From Epiperipatus broadwayi (lineage: Eukaryota; Animalia; Onychophora), in NCBI GenBank assembly GCA_028023455.1, contig JAQFVV010000005.1, positions 8,308,001 to 8,372,000 on the forward strand: a DNA stretch of 64,000 nt, in the 5' to 3' direction. Within the stretch, counting starts at the first letter, position 1. Every line of letters starts with the position of its first letter. Under the pieces are notes generated by a model. The model was given only the letters and a program-made list of their open reading frames with translations. It ran no database searches and was not told the DNA's origin. Made by a program: the position numbers and the translations under genes. This document shows, in pieces, positions 39,803 to 52,780 of the stretch.

Positions 39803-40093
39803 CATCACATGACCACCACCTCTTATGCTTGTGTATAACTTGTTAAAACAAGCAAAACTCACTATACGTATGCCACACACAGCAAGCTAGAGTAATCAAT
39901 GGATGCCAGAAGGCTTGTGCAGTGCTCTCAGATCCAAGGCTCCTCATTGACGAAGGCCACAAGTCAGAAACTAGTCTGGGGATATTGGATGAGTAGGCAC
40001 TAGATGGGGATTTTATGCACAAGCCTTCTGGCATCCATTGATTACTCTAGCTTGCTGTGTGTGGCATACGTATAGAGTTTTGCCTGTTTTATG
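39803..40093. mobile_element. 291-bp fold-back family A insertion with 12-bp TSD
   Basis: TGATACAATAAA at 39791-39802 and 40094-40105. Arms ~39845-39921 / 40016-40090. Absent from the paralogous site at ~46790. Confidence 0.88.
39934..39988 (+). ncRNA. Type I hammerhead, family A (C3U variant)
   Basis: TCCTCA-TTGACGA-A-GGC-CACAA-GTC-A-GAAAC-TA-GTC-TGGGGA. 6-bp stem I plus CCAA/TTGG. Confidence 0.72.
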
Positions 40094-40536
40094 TGATACA
40101 ATAAATATAACAAGATAGCATCACTTGTGTGCATAAAGAATATAAACATCACTGGTGTGCATAAAGAATATAAACATCACGGATGTATACAAAAAAAAAT
40201 ATAAAATAAAGAGATGAAACTCATTTTATCAGAGATATAGACAGTAGCCTACAATTTCTAGTTTTAGATAGACAAGAAGCCAATTGCTATGATTTCTTTT
40301 GTATCTTTTATTAGGATGAATCTTTTTCTTTATAGATGCCTTTGACATTTGGAACTTCTGGGGTACAAGATAAAAATGAAGAATTCATATGCGATTTCTT
40401 TTGGAGATTGTGAAACTATGGATTATCTCAGGTAAGACATATTATACATGGTTAGAATGATAATTTTGTGAGGAATACAAAGAAATTATAACTGAAGATG
40501 TAATTAATATTTAGTTCATGATGAATTAGAAATTAT

Positions 40537-42384
40537 GGTTGTTTTCTATTCCCTGGTGTCAGCCACATGACAGCGCTATTTCTAGGTCAATTCCTAGAAA
40601 TATACCGTTTCAGTGGCCTACACTCAACCTAAGAGGCTTCTTCTATGATAAAACACAGAAAGAGTGCTCACCACAACCAACCTAGGAGGCTTCTTTCTAT
40701 GCTAAAAACACAGACAAATGCCTTTATTGGCTGCCATAGTTGGTTGTATTATTAACTTTATCGTAATGCTAGAATGTTTATTTTTTCTACACTTTGGTGT
40801 GAGTGTGTGGATTTTAGCCTGTTGTAATTATTTAAAATTTTATTACAAAGGTTTTTTTTTTTCAAGTGCTCTAACCTTTGTTTCATTGTAACTTTATTAA
40901 CAATGTCCTGATGGTTCCATTACGAATGGGTAACCCTCAAAAATTGCTTTTAAGGGTGCAAAACGACAGTATTTCGAGGATCATGCGAAAATGAACGTTT
41001 TTGCGAGAATTCGGCGGTGACAAGTTACTTTTGATATATATACGCACAAACAAAAACAACCCAGTGTCTGATTATTAGTAATTACTTGTCCAAAAAAGAA
41101 AATTAGTCGGGTATTATTTTTTTTACATTTACTATTTAAATAAGATTAGTTTTTATATCTACACACTAACAAAAACAACCCAGTTTCTGATTAATTACTG
41201 TTAAAAAAAAAAAGAAAAATAAAGCAAATTAGTCAGGGTTTGATTTTTAAATGTAGTATTTGAATTACAGCACTTTTTATATCTACACAATATTTACAAA
41301 AAAAAAAAAAACACTCTGATTAATTACTGTCCAAAAGAAATGCAAATTAGTCGGCTATCATTTTTAAATTTAGTATTTAAATAACGGTACCTTTTTATAT
41401 AGACACCCTAACAAAAAGAACTCACTTTCTGATTCATTACTGTCCAAAAAAAAAAAAAAAGCAAGCAAATTAGTCGGGTATCATTTTTCAATTGAGTCTT
41501 TCAATGACAGTCCTTTTTAGATATACACACTAACAAAAAGAACCCACTTTCTGATTAATTACTGTCCCCCAAAAAAAAAGCAAATTAGTTGGGTATCATT
41601 TTAAAATTGTAGTGTGAATTTTTTAAATGTCGTGGGTAAATTGAATAATGTAGAATTGCGTCTTATTTTCGATTGAAAAAAAGACCGTAACTTTATATAT
41701 ATACACACACACACAAAGAAAATAAAACTCACTTTCTGATTATACCCAAAAAAAAGTTATTCGTGGGTATCATTTTTAAATTTAGTATTTACATAATATT
41801 ACGTCTTTTGATATCTACACACTAACAAAAACAATCCACTTTCTGATTCATTACAGTCCCAAAAAAAAAAAAAAGCAACATAGTCGGGTATCATTTTGAA
41901 ATGTAGTATTTAAAGAACGGTACTTTTTATATATACGCACTAACAAAAAGAACCCACTTTCTGATTAATTACTGTCCAAAAACAAAAAAAAAAGCAAATT
42001 AGTCAGGTATCATTTGTAAATTTAGCGTGAATGTAGCAATTTTGTGTAAATTGGAAAAAAAAAGTATAATTGCGTCTTATTTTCGATTAAAAAAATCCTG
42101 TACTTTTGACAGATACACACAAACAAAAACAACTCATTTTATGATTAATTACTGTCCAAAAAATGTCAATTATTCGGGTATCATTTTTAAATTTAATGTG
42201 AATTTCTAATTTTTTTTAAAAATAGTAATATTATTTACTATTAGTTCCTCTAATTTCCTATTACAAAAACTAAAAAAGCTGATATTTATATAGATAGAAT
42301 CACAGGCCCGGCCCGGAATCGTAATGTGTTTTTGATTAGGATCAATGCCATCAAACAGCTGGCACAAGGGAATAGAAAACAACC
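40537..42384. mobile_element. Non-autonomous DNA transposon, 27-bp TIR starting GG, 8-bp TSD
   Basis: TIRs 40537-40563 and 42358-42384 (2 mismatches). GAAATTAT at 40529-40536 and 42385-42392. Empty site at ~47210. Confidence 0.9.
41035..42200. repeat. ~115-bp tandem array (~9 units) inside the TIR element
   Basis: Repeated acacactaacaaaaagaacccactttctgattaattactgtcc(A)n gcaaattagtcgggtatcattttt; a variant block is inserted twice (~41615-41700, ~42028-42112). Confidence 0.92.
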
Positions 42385-43189
42385 GAAATTATGAACAAAC
42401 AATAAAGTAATAATTATTTCAGATGTTGAAATTTCTTTTTTCCTTATTTTTTAAATTGTTATCATTATTTGTCTTAGACTTATTGTTTTCCTTAGTTTTT
42501 CTAGTTTCTATTAATGCAATTTTTTTTTACTCTAACATAATTAAAACTGAAATTATTGTGAAAATTGTTTCTTAGGTCAGTATTTTAAAAAATTCAATAT
42601 GGCGTCTTGGACCTAAACAGATTTATAAATATGAACAATATTGTGATTGTTAAAGATATATGATGCTGAATCCAAAATATTAATTAATACAATTTTTCAT
42701 TCATCTTATTCAATGATTATAAGGAAGATTGATAACTAGTATGCTATATAAAAATAAAATTAGATTATAATACATAGTGATAAGTATTAATCAAGAATTT
42801 TAATTTAGTCTTTAATCAATTTAAGAATTTAGTTAATGATTTTGAAAGCAAATAATTGATTATTATATTGTTTCTTAATTTTTTAAGTGTAGCTAGAAAC
42901 AAGTAAAATTCCTCTTTACATTTGGCTATATAAATTAATTTAGTCATTTTAAGAAGTAATAGTTACCGGAGATGTTGATTAAGTTTAGGAATATTAATAA
43001 AAGAGTGGAGTAGTCATTTTAATAAATAAATGAATAAGATATTATAATTTAATTTAGGAAATTTTAATATAGAATATAATTTATTTTAATTGTGAATTTA
43101 GCAAAAGGTTTACCAGTTATTATTATTGGGGCCGAGTGTTGTAGCAATGAAGAAAACACGGCTTTTGAAAGTCCATTGTTTCAACTTTA

Positions 43190-45130
43190 TTTAGACTTCT
43201 TTTAAGAATACCAACTTCATTCTCCATCAATCAATTCAATTCTGGATGTTTTACCATGGCAGAAAAATTTATTGAATTTTCTGGAAATAAAATCAGAGCC
43301 ATTATCCAATATTGTTTCAAAAACATAGATATAAGGATTTCTTTATCATTTCTTCCATGTTCATACTTTTACAACCCAGAATTCCACCCATCAAGGGTAT
43401 GCATCTATATCATCTAGGAAAATATGTTCTTTAAAGGAGTCTGCATAGTCAGTGTGAATTCAGTGCCATGATTTTGTTGCCTTAAGCCACTCTATGTACC
43501 TTTTCTCAGATAGTTTTGCTGCACATTGGACAATTTACATTTTTTTGATGAAATTTTCAATTTCACTGTTAATGTTTGGCAACCAGATGTAACTTCTTGT
43601 TAACACTTTTGTTTCAATGATTCCTGAATGGTGGTGAAGTACTAGAATCTTCTCTCTCCCAGCTGTCAGCATTACTACTTGATCACCATTCAACATGCAA
43701 TCATTGCATACTGTGATTGATTCTAGCATTTCAAGAAGATGATGCTAGATATTTTGGATGTTTTGTGGGACAATCCCGGCTTATCTATTTAATTAGGTCG
43801 ACATACGTGTCATCACTCTCTATTCAGTTGGCCACTGCTTTGGTATTTAGCATGTAACCATGGAATGTTTTAATAATTAATTTCGGCTTCTATTCTAGAC
43901 TTTATTTTGTCTGTCATTCAAGACAACACATCTGCAGAATGAATCAGCCTTCACTTCATATACTTTAACTCATAACCATATGCTGATACAAAATTTAGCC
44001 AGCATAGCATGTGCAGGCTTAAATGTTCAAGAGTAAGTCTCAAACTATAAAATATATATAATAGCTGTTTATGATATGTTACCAGAGTAAGATTTCAACC
44101 ATATAAATAATGGATTTTTTTTTATTCCATATAATATAGCTAATACTTCTTTGTCCAAACAGTTACAATTTCTTTCAGCATTACAGGCTATTAGCCTTTC
44201 TCTGCTGTATGTCAGATTAATTAGCAGTCTACCAATGCCATAATCAGACACATCCATGATAGGTATAACATCAATATATAATAAACAAGCAGCTTAGATG
44301 ATGTTAAAGCTTTTTGTTTGAATGTGTTCATGTGACTTTTGATTCATGTCCTCCTTTGATTTTTCTTTAATAAATCAAATAATGGACTTTTTAAAAAAAC
44401 CTTGGTCTTTGATGTTTTGTATAGCTTGCAGCTTCTCAGGAGCAACTAATCTAACCTCTTCATTAATTATGTCTATGAACATTTAGTTTTCAGGTATTCC
44501 AAATACATTTCTTTTCATTCAGTTGTATCCTGAAATTTTCTGATCTCTGATAGACTTTGATAATAGGTTTACTGAGTGATACCTCTGAATTAGTTGTGTT
44601 GACTATATCATGAAGATACAGAATAATTATCATCCCTAAAACCGAATATCTATTTTTGTTTGGAATATATTTGGTGTTATATCAAAAGATAGTTACAAAT
44701 AAAATAGATCGATAAGTACTTTTATAGTTAATAACTTTGATGACCTTTTGCCTACAAGAATCCAATAAAATGTATCTGGTTTTACAAAATATGATGAGAA
44801 TTGTAAAAGTGCAATTATTTCCCTAGTATTCAATACTGAGTACTTGTTTTGTTTAAATTTTTATTTATTATAAAACAAGTGACCACAAATTCTAAAGTCC
44901 TATCTGAATTTGTAAATTACAACTGTAGGTGTGGCCGAGTCAAATTTTTCTACAGGCATTAATACATCCTTTTGAGCTAATTCAAATGCTTCTTTAACTT
45001 TCTTTTTTCGAGTAAATGGTATCTTTCGTATTTGGCAAATAATGGCTTTTGCCCTTTCCTTGAGGTCCATTTCAGTAGGTTTAAGTCTTTATTACTCCTT
45101 GTTTTACTTTAAATACACTCAAGAATCGAA
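43190..45130 (-). mobile_element. Decayed Ty3/Gypsy pol (RT-RNase H-integrase)
   Basis: DVSDYGIG...ERLIA...LDKEVLAILYGIKK (RNase H); LHHHSGIIETKVLTRSYIWLPNINSEIENFIK (zinc finger); ETILDNGSDF (core). Confidence 0.88.
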
Positions 45131-47965
45131 ATTCAATTTCATGTTCGTTATTTATATATACATATAATTGTTGTATTAACATGATAGTAATTGCTGTCTC
45201 AATTGTTCATCTATCATACCTAAACAAAATATTCATGTAGTGCCTCATCTACAAAATCATCATATATATATAATCATTAATTAGGTTTGAAAGTGTTACA
45301 TCATTGTTATGCAATTTTTCACTCTGAGATAGAGTTTTGCAGCTAAAGTATAGCTGAGATAAATGCCTTGAGGGTAAAGAAATGAAATACTATTCAATTT
45401 AGAAATTCTCTCCTCATAAGAAAAAGTTTCTAGTTTAATGCTTCCCCATAAGCGATTAGCAATTACAAGTATCCTTTAGTCTGTGAAATATCACAACTTT
45501 AATGTTACTTTCTTTGACTTTATTCATTAGAAATTATCTCTATATGTCAAGCATTGATGGTCGAGAGGTCAGCAACATCTGCTTTACAAGCAGTTGTCCC
45601 GGGTTGGCAGATTCGCTTCCCGGCTGGTGCCATGACAAATGAGAAGAAAAAAAATTATCTCTATATGCTGCATGAAGAAACATTAGCCAGTTGAATTTTC
45701 AATGTACAATTCACTAATAATAATTTGTGCCATTTTATAATTAAAAAAAAACACAAGCTTAACTTGGATATAACTTGAACTATCATTTTATTAACATACA
45801 AACATATATATAAGAATATAGACAAGTCTTTCATTTATAAACAAAATATAAACTGCAAAATTTGTATTTTATTGACAAAAATATATAGTCATTATATTTA
45901 ATAAAAATATGGTTAAGTTTATTGTAATGTTTAGCATGATTGCCAGGTTCATAGTTTGAAATTACAATTTCTTTGTTTTCATTTAAAAATTGCAGGAAAA
46001 CTGAATGGGCTATGCATGTGATAATACTATCATTATATATGGTTTAATTTCCTTTTTCAAATGATGTATGTCTTGTTAAAATCAGATAAAATTTAGATTT
46101 TGTACTAATCTTTTTTAATAACAAGTTAAATTTTTTTGCCTAATTTATTAGATTATATGGAGAAAACAAGGCATATATTTGGGATGGGAAAAATTTAATT
46201 TGTAAGTGGATTCAACATGCACAAAGGATTGTGCAATTTCAAGGCTTTCAATGTAATTAACATAAGTATTCAATTTCAGATTTTTTTTATTATTAAAGAT
46301 AATATTTGATAAAAGTAATTTCAATAATAAATATAGTTAATGTGTTAGTACTAACGTGTCTGTGTTTGTATAATGAATATGATTTTGACTATGTATAAAA
46401 TTAGCTGTTTATGTACAATGTAATTTTGGGACTCTAATCCAAGTTTGAGGCAAACTTATTTTGATTCTCAAAAGCTTTAATAATTTATTAATGTGTCTGA
46501 ATTTGTATTTTAACAAGTAATGATTTTGACTATATCTATAAAATTAGGCTATTACAGAGCAGTGCAATGTAAATTTTAAGGCTGATTATTGAAGCTATCA
46601 CAAAATTCACTGGGCATAATACCATGTGATAGTATATTCTTAAAACCACATGGAATTGTATGCAGGCAAAAAACCTTGGTTCTCATGCTGTGGAGTCAAT
46701 AGTTTTGCCATAACTGGCTTCACATTATTTTCAAGTCTACAGCTAGCAAATGAGCCATATGCAAATAAATGATGTCTTTTATGGACTAAATATAACAAGA
46801 TAGCATCACTGCTGTGCACAAAAAATACCAACATCACTGCTGTACACAAACAATATAAAATGAAGAGAGGAAACTCATTTTATCATTGATCCAGACAGTA
46901 GCCTTCAATTTCTAGTTTTGGATAAACAAGAAGCAAATTGCTATGATTAAAAATGCATATCCACCTTCTGGAAATGATTTATTTTGTATCGCTTATTAGA
47001 TAGAATCTTTTTTCTTATAGATGATTTGAGATTTTTTAACATCTGGGGTACAAGAAAAAATGATGAATTCTTATGGTTCTCTTTTTGTAAGTTCTGAAGC
47101 TATGGTTTATCTCAGGTATAGAATATTATATGTTTTGAATCAGAATTTTGTGAAGAATACAAAGAAATTATCAATCAAAATGTAATTTTAAAACTTAATT
47201 ATAATAAATTAGAAATTATGAACAAAGAGTAAAGTAATAATTTTTTAGGATATTGAATTTTTTTTTTTTAAGGGTAACCACTATTTTTCTTAGCCATATA
47301 TTTTTCCTTAGTTTTTCTAGTTTCTATCAATGTACAGCTTTTTGCTCTAATATTATTAAAACTGAAGTTATTGTGAAAATTGTCTCTCAAATCAATTCTT
47401 TAAAAATTCAATACAATGATATCCCATTCCAAAAAGACCACAAACTATTAGTAACTGACTAGTAAATGTTTGCAATATCTAGTTGAAAAAACAAAATACC
47501 TATCTCTAATATTGGGGATAAAACTACATGGCCTTAAACTAATAACTACCAGGAAAAAAAACTTTCTATGTCCAAAAGTTTTCAAATAATAATTTATACC
47601 AAGGTAACTTTTACTAAATTTTTGTAAATCCACTTTGATATGTAAAAAGGCAGACTGCCCCCCCCCCCCTTTTTTGATGCTATTGAATGATTATCTTATT
47701 CAGAGATCAAGAATGGAAAAAGAAAACAAGTGGACTTTATTTTTCTATTTATTCTAGAGTGGGAATATTCAAATGCTAACAAAGGTTTTATCAGTGACCA
47801 GTGAGAATTATTCTTAATGTTTCAAGAGCATTTATTGATTCAGATAAAATTTCCAGACAGTAATAAATTTATCATCTGGAAATTTAAATTTATTATTTAG
47901 TTATACAATTAAATTTTGTCTGCAGTTTTACAAATTGTTTTAATTTGTAAACATATCACATATAT

Positions 47966-48213
47966 AAACAATAAGCATTGCCAATTGCTTAACAAGCTTT
48001 GTGATAAATGCTTAGCCAGAGAAAGCATTTAAAATATCTGTCAGGACCTCCCTCAACCTCTGACCATGGTTTCATGCTTTGGCACTCCTCAGAGGTGCTA
48101 GGATAGGTTCAGACACAAAGCTTGTTGAGCAATTGACAATGCTCATTGTTTATATCTTAAAGCTTAAGAGAATGGAGTCATGTGATCTATGACTATTTTT
48201 TATTTGACTATTT
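47966..48213. mobile_element. 248-bp fold-back family C insertion with 13-bp TSD
   Basis: ATATCACATATAT at 47953-47965 and 48214-48226. Arms ~47962-48003 / 48114-48155. Absent at the paralogous site ~33000. Confidence 0.85.
48056..48097 (-). ncRNA. Hammerhead, family C
   Basis: Minus strand: CTGAGGA-GTGC-CAAA-GCAT-GAAAC-CATG-GTC with palindromic ACCATGGT stem III. Stem I is weak. Confidence 0.65.
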
Positions 48214-51200
48214 ATATCACATATATTTTAATCTGTGCGCATTACCATATATATATATATTCAACAATAATATGCATTTTTTTTTTTTTACATTAAAGCA
48301 CATGATGTTAATATACATAAATATACATCATGTATACATACTAGTGGTTGGAAAAATACGTGAAAATTCGCCCTGTAAAGAGATATTTATTAAAAATTGC
48401 TTTACGTTACTATGTATATTTCATCAGTAATTTATTTTCGGTGCTTTGCATGATTGGGTGCAGTGGCATAGTGGCGAATTCTGAAACTCAAAATCTATGA
48501 ATAGCGACTCCGTTCCGTCACTTTTGGTGCAGAAAATTTATTTCCCGAACAATAAACCATTCAATTATTTTTTATTTTCAATAAGATAATTTACTACTTC
48601 TACAATGAACATAAGATGATCAAAAATTCTTATTTCTATACTGCAACGACAAAACAATATTCAACTTTAGACGACAAAATCTTCTTATGATTGAATTTAA
48701 TTAATGCTGAAGGTTTATATAATTGTATAATTATCAAGTTATACAACTTTCTACTATTTTCATAAAAAGAAATAATAATCGAAGTGTTTATTACTGGGGA
48801 GTTAATAGGAAGTTCGGGCACCGGATATGACAAACTAGTCTTGATCAATAGACCTTGAACTCCAGAGTCCGCCATTCTACGATTGCACAAAATCAGCTTG
48901 GTTATGATTTCCATAAAATGGCTCACGAAAACAATTTAGTTATCTTACATATTCTTAAATTTAAAACAATTATATTTGAAAGAAAATAAAGTGCAGTAAT
49001 TAACTCCATTAAAAAATAAAAGAGCAATGGTTGAATAAATAAATTAAATCAAGTAAAATTCGAGGACTAAAATAAAAATCTGAGAACTATAGTTCTGTTT
49101 AATAGATCAGATTGAAATTTTATTTACCTTTGTAAAAAGGAATGCGATCCAAGAAACGTTAACTCTCGGGTCCGCCACTAAATTCATTTACGTTAGACTT
49201 ATGCAGTAAATTAAGGTATTTTTTCCACATAAATATTGGATTATTCATTCCGTTTAAAAAAAAAAAGATTAGTTTATTGCTCAGGAGTTCATAAGAAGTT
49301 CGAGCACCGGAAGTGACAGAGTGAGTTCGCCTCCAGATCACAGGACAAATTTGTGTATTGAAATAATTAAATTAATTAATACATACACAAAAAAAACTTC
49401 TCTTATATAAAGCATCAAATTGAGTAGAATAAATAAATATTGTGGCTGAATTTTAGCTAAAACTTTAGGAAAACTTTTATTTTTCACATGTATAATTGCA
49501 ATTAATATCCTATTAAATTAGAATATTTTTTTAAACTCTTCAGAACATTATTTTAAATGACCTCTAGTGAATGAAAGTGGTACTTAAAAAAAATCCTTAA
49601 TGTTTTTAATCATTATATTCATTTTATAGTGAAGAAAACATATTAAATAATGTAACATTCATTCATTGCATTTGAATATATACAGCCTGTGACTTTTTTT
49701 TACATCTATTTCAAAAATGTTTGATCTTTTTATATATCTTAATATGTAGAACTAATAAAAAGAAACTTAGTAATTACACGTTTATTTACTTTTATTTTCC
49801 GCAGAATTATTTCGCAATTATTTTAATAGGTCAAATTTCATAAGTGTTTTAAAAATAACTTAGATAGAAAAAATTGCTATATCTGTGTCAATTACTGTTA
49901 AAATAATTTCTCTAGCAGAAAAGAATATGGAAATATCTGTAAATTAAATAACAGTATTATGACACATAAGTGAAGTGTACATATATACATATGTATTTAA
50001 TCATTAAAACCAATCAACACTTAAGACAGTCCCAATGTCAATAACAATCAACAATTTCAAACTGTTGTCAAGGCAACCTCCTTTTAACAATAAAGATAGA
50101 ATGTATTCATATAATATATATGACTTCCGTTTTAAAAATATATATGTTTAAGGAATTAAATATATATAATAATTGTAATATTTTTCATACAGATAATAAA
50201 GAACGTTACAAAGATAAAAACATTTGACAAAAGTAAACTCAGCACAATAATTAAGGAAGTTTAGCCAAGGATTAATTTAGCCAGTTAATTTAATTATGTT
50301 TTATGGAATATTAATTACTTAATTAATACTTTTGTAATTATAATCGTATATAGAAATAATCGTTATATAAATTGTAATTTTCTTATTCAAAATATAGCTT
50401 GTAATACAGTTTTGAAACCAAAGAAAGAGAAGAGTATATACATTTCAAAAAGAATTAGAAAGAGTTTATCAGAAAAAGATAAGTTTAAAATTCCAAGCAA
50501 ATCATGCTCAATATATTATTAAACAGATTTTCAGGGAGAGATTAAATGGAAATAATGTTTGTAATCAGGAAGTGATTAACATTTCTGCAAGATGTATTCA
50601 AATTAGCAACTTGCCATTTTATATATCTAAAGGCAAAATGTGTCTATCAGTAATAGAAAATGGTTCAAATCCTTAAAATTTGAATAAATACAGTTAAAAA
50701 AAGATTTCTGAAAATAAATTCCCTAAAATGGATGGGAGAGGGAAGGAAAATAATACTTCTGCAATAAAGTATATTTCCTAAAAATAAAAAAAAATACAAA
50801 TAAATGTATTTTCACAAAACATGTTTGCAAGGCTATATTCAACACCAAAATAAAAAACTGAAAGGAAATAGTGTCACAAGATATAGTTGCTAAGGATGTA
50901 TCACTGCCAGAATAATAATGTCAGAGTAGTAGCTAAAGTAAATACTGTCAAACACACTTCAAATAAAAGATAATTCCTTCACCAGAGGATAAGAAAATGA
51001 CCACCTCTGAAAAAGTAACTGCAATGAAAAAAGGATCAATCCAAAAATGATATTGAAGACAATTTTGTCAATATTGACAACAAACTGCTGGTTTATTACC
51101 AAAAATCATTGTCTAAAGCAGTAAGACCCTGAAAAAAACTTAATGTAACTTTGTTACATCCAAGTGCAAAGGAAAAAAAAATGTAGTAATAATGTTAAAA

Positions 51201-51292
51201 TTAAATTTTGTGTGGGGGAAAAATATGGATGAGAGAGATATCATTAAACAATAATAGTTTGAGGAAACTGCGTTAATCTTCTCTCAAAGCAG

Positions 51293-51554
51293 AAATATTA
51301 GTAAATTTACCTCTTCCTTTATTCCTTTATTTTGCTATAATATCTTATATAAATACAATTTATCCACTAGTTTAAACACTTTTTAGCAGAAACTTTTTAT
51401 TGATCTATATTCAGCACAATCTTACATTTTGATTATTCTGTAGTTTTAGCTCTGAAGAAGACTGCAGAACAGTCAAAACGTAAGATTGTACCAAATATAG
51501 ATCAATAAAAGATTTTTGCTAAAAAGTGTTTAAAGTAGTGGATAAATTGTGTTT
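51293..51554. mobile_element. Fold-back family B insertion
   Basis: Arms 51351-51411 / 51494-51554. TSD-like TCTCAAA(G/A)CAG at 51282-51292 and 51555-51565. Confidence 0.7.
51448..51486 (+). ncRNA. Hammerhead, family B (G12A)
   Basis: AGCT-CTGAAGA(51452-51458)-A-GACTG-CAGAA-CAGTC-AAAAC-GTA-AGAT. Confidence 0.6.
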
Positions 51555-52329
51555 TCTCAAAACAGTTGATATTTGTATTGATATCAAGTGGTACATAACT
51601 CCTAAGGAATGTGAATCACCTTAGACTTTATTGAACTGAGTATTGGCAAACCAACACAGACAATAGCAGTAATGTTATAAACTTCAAATACCAAAGGTAT
51701 TGAAGATGCGGAGGAATTATTGCATATTGAAGGGTTTATTTAAACTACTTCCTGAATCCTACATTAATGAATGTCTGCCTTAAACAAGTTCAGTCAGAAA
51801 AGAAGTTCAATTTGTAATATTATTTATGGCTTTCTAGAAGCACATGAATCACAAATCATCTGAGAAACTAATTATGTAAATCAATTAAGAAATGTACTTA
51901 TCTGGAATGAGGGATGGAGTACTTTATCTATATGGCATAAGTGTTAGCAAATAATTTAAATTATGTATCTACATTATTTAGCAGAATTGTGTACATATAC
52001 ATCTGTATATTAAATAAGAATTATATGAATGAAGTGATTTTGATTTGTTTGAAATACATGTGCAAATAATGTTTTAGAAATACATATATTTAAAAAATTA
52101 AATATATATAATTAAATAACTGTAATGTTAACTCATAATAATTTGTTTTAAATTACTTTTTAGTAATTTAAAATGAACATAAAGATGACATTTGTTAAAA
52201 ATTAAATTTGCAAAATGTCTAAGAAGTTTTAATTAAAGATTAACTCAGCTAATTAATTAAATTATTTTATGGAATGTTAAAAAAGTAATTAGTTGACAAC
52301 CTAAAATCTTTTCCTTTTTATAATAATCT

Positions 52330-52780
52330 AATTCTCACATCCTTCCATTTATCTGGAATCCTATTATCAACAATGGTTTTATTAAATCAAGTCCTATCAT
52401 ATCTGTTACTATTTTAGCTATCTTATCATCTTCTTCCTTTTACTCTTTTAATCTATCTACTGTTCTATTCAATTCTGTATTCATTATTTTATTTTTTCAT
52501 AAATTAAGCTGTCTTTTGCATCATCTTCATTCCCCTTCCCTTATAATTTTTATTACAAATTCATTTAGTATTTTTTTTCATATTCTTCCCTATCCTCACA
52601 CCCTCTTTTTTTAATATAATGTCTTTTTTATTTCACCCTTTTCATGGATCTCCAAAATTTTTTACAACTTTCTCTTCTCACATTGTTAATTTTTTTCCTT
52701 AATGTCTTATTAAGTTCACTCCATTTTTAACCATAATTTTGTTTTTCCTAGTGATGAGTTTATTGTTACAAACTTTAATT
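52330..52780 (-). mobile_element. Decayed LINE RT N-terminal remnant
   Basis: Minus strand: ELNRTVDRLK...NRIPDKWKDV (ExxxAxxxLK...IPxxWK motif). Confidence 0.45.

Larger units (their letters stand above)
45560..48300 (+). repeat. Old non-coding repeat with paralogous segments at 27.7-28.0, 32.5-33.1 and 39.6-42.6 kb
   Basis: 45560-45915 ~ 27680-27960; 46655-47410 ~ 39640-40536 + 42385-42600; 47465-47965 + 48214-48300 ~ 27960-27991 + 32513-33060. Confidence 0.75.

Noticed and set aside
41035-42200. Array as CRISPR
   Set aside because: Whole ~115-bp units repeat, with no unique spacers and no cas genes, in a eukaryotic context.
48471-49180. hAT-like MITE (TAGTGGCG...CCGCCACTA)
   Set aside because: The TIR match is only ~10 bp and the flanking 8-mers do not form a TSD.
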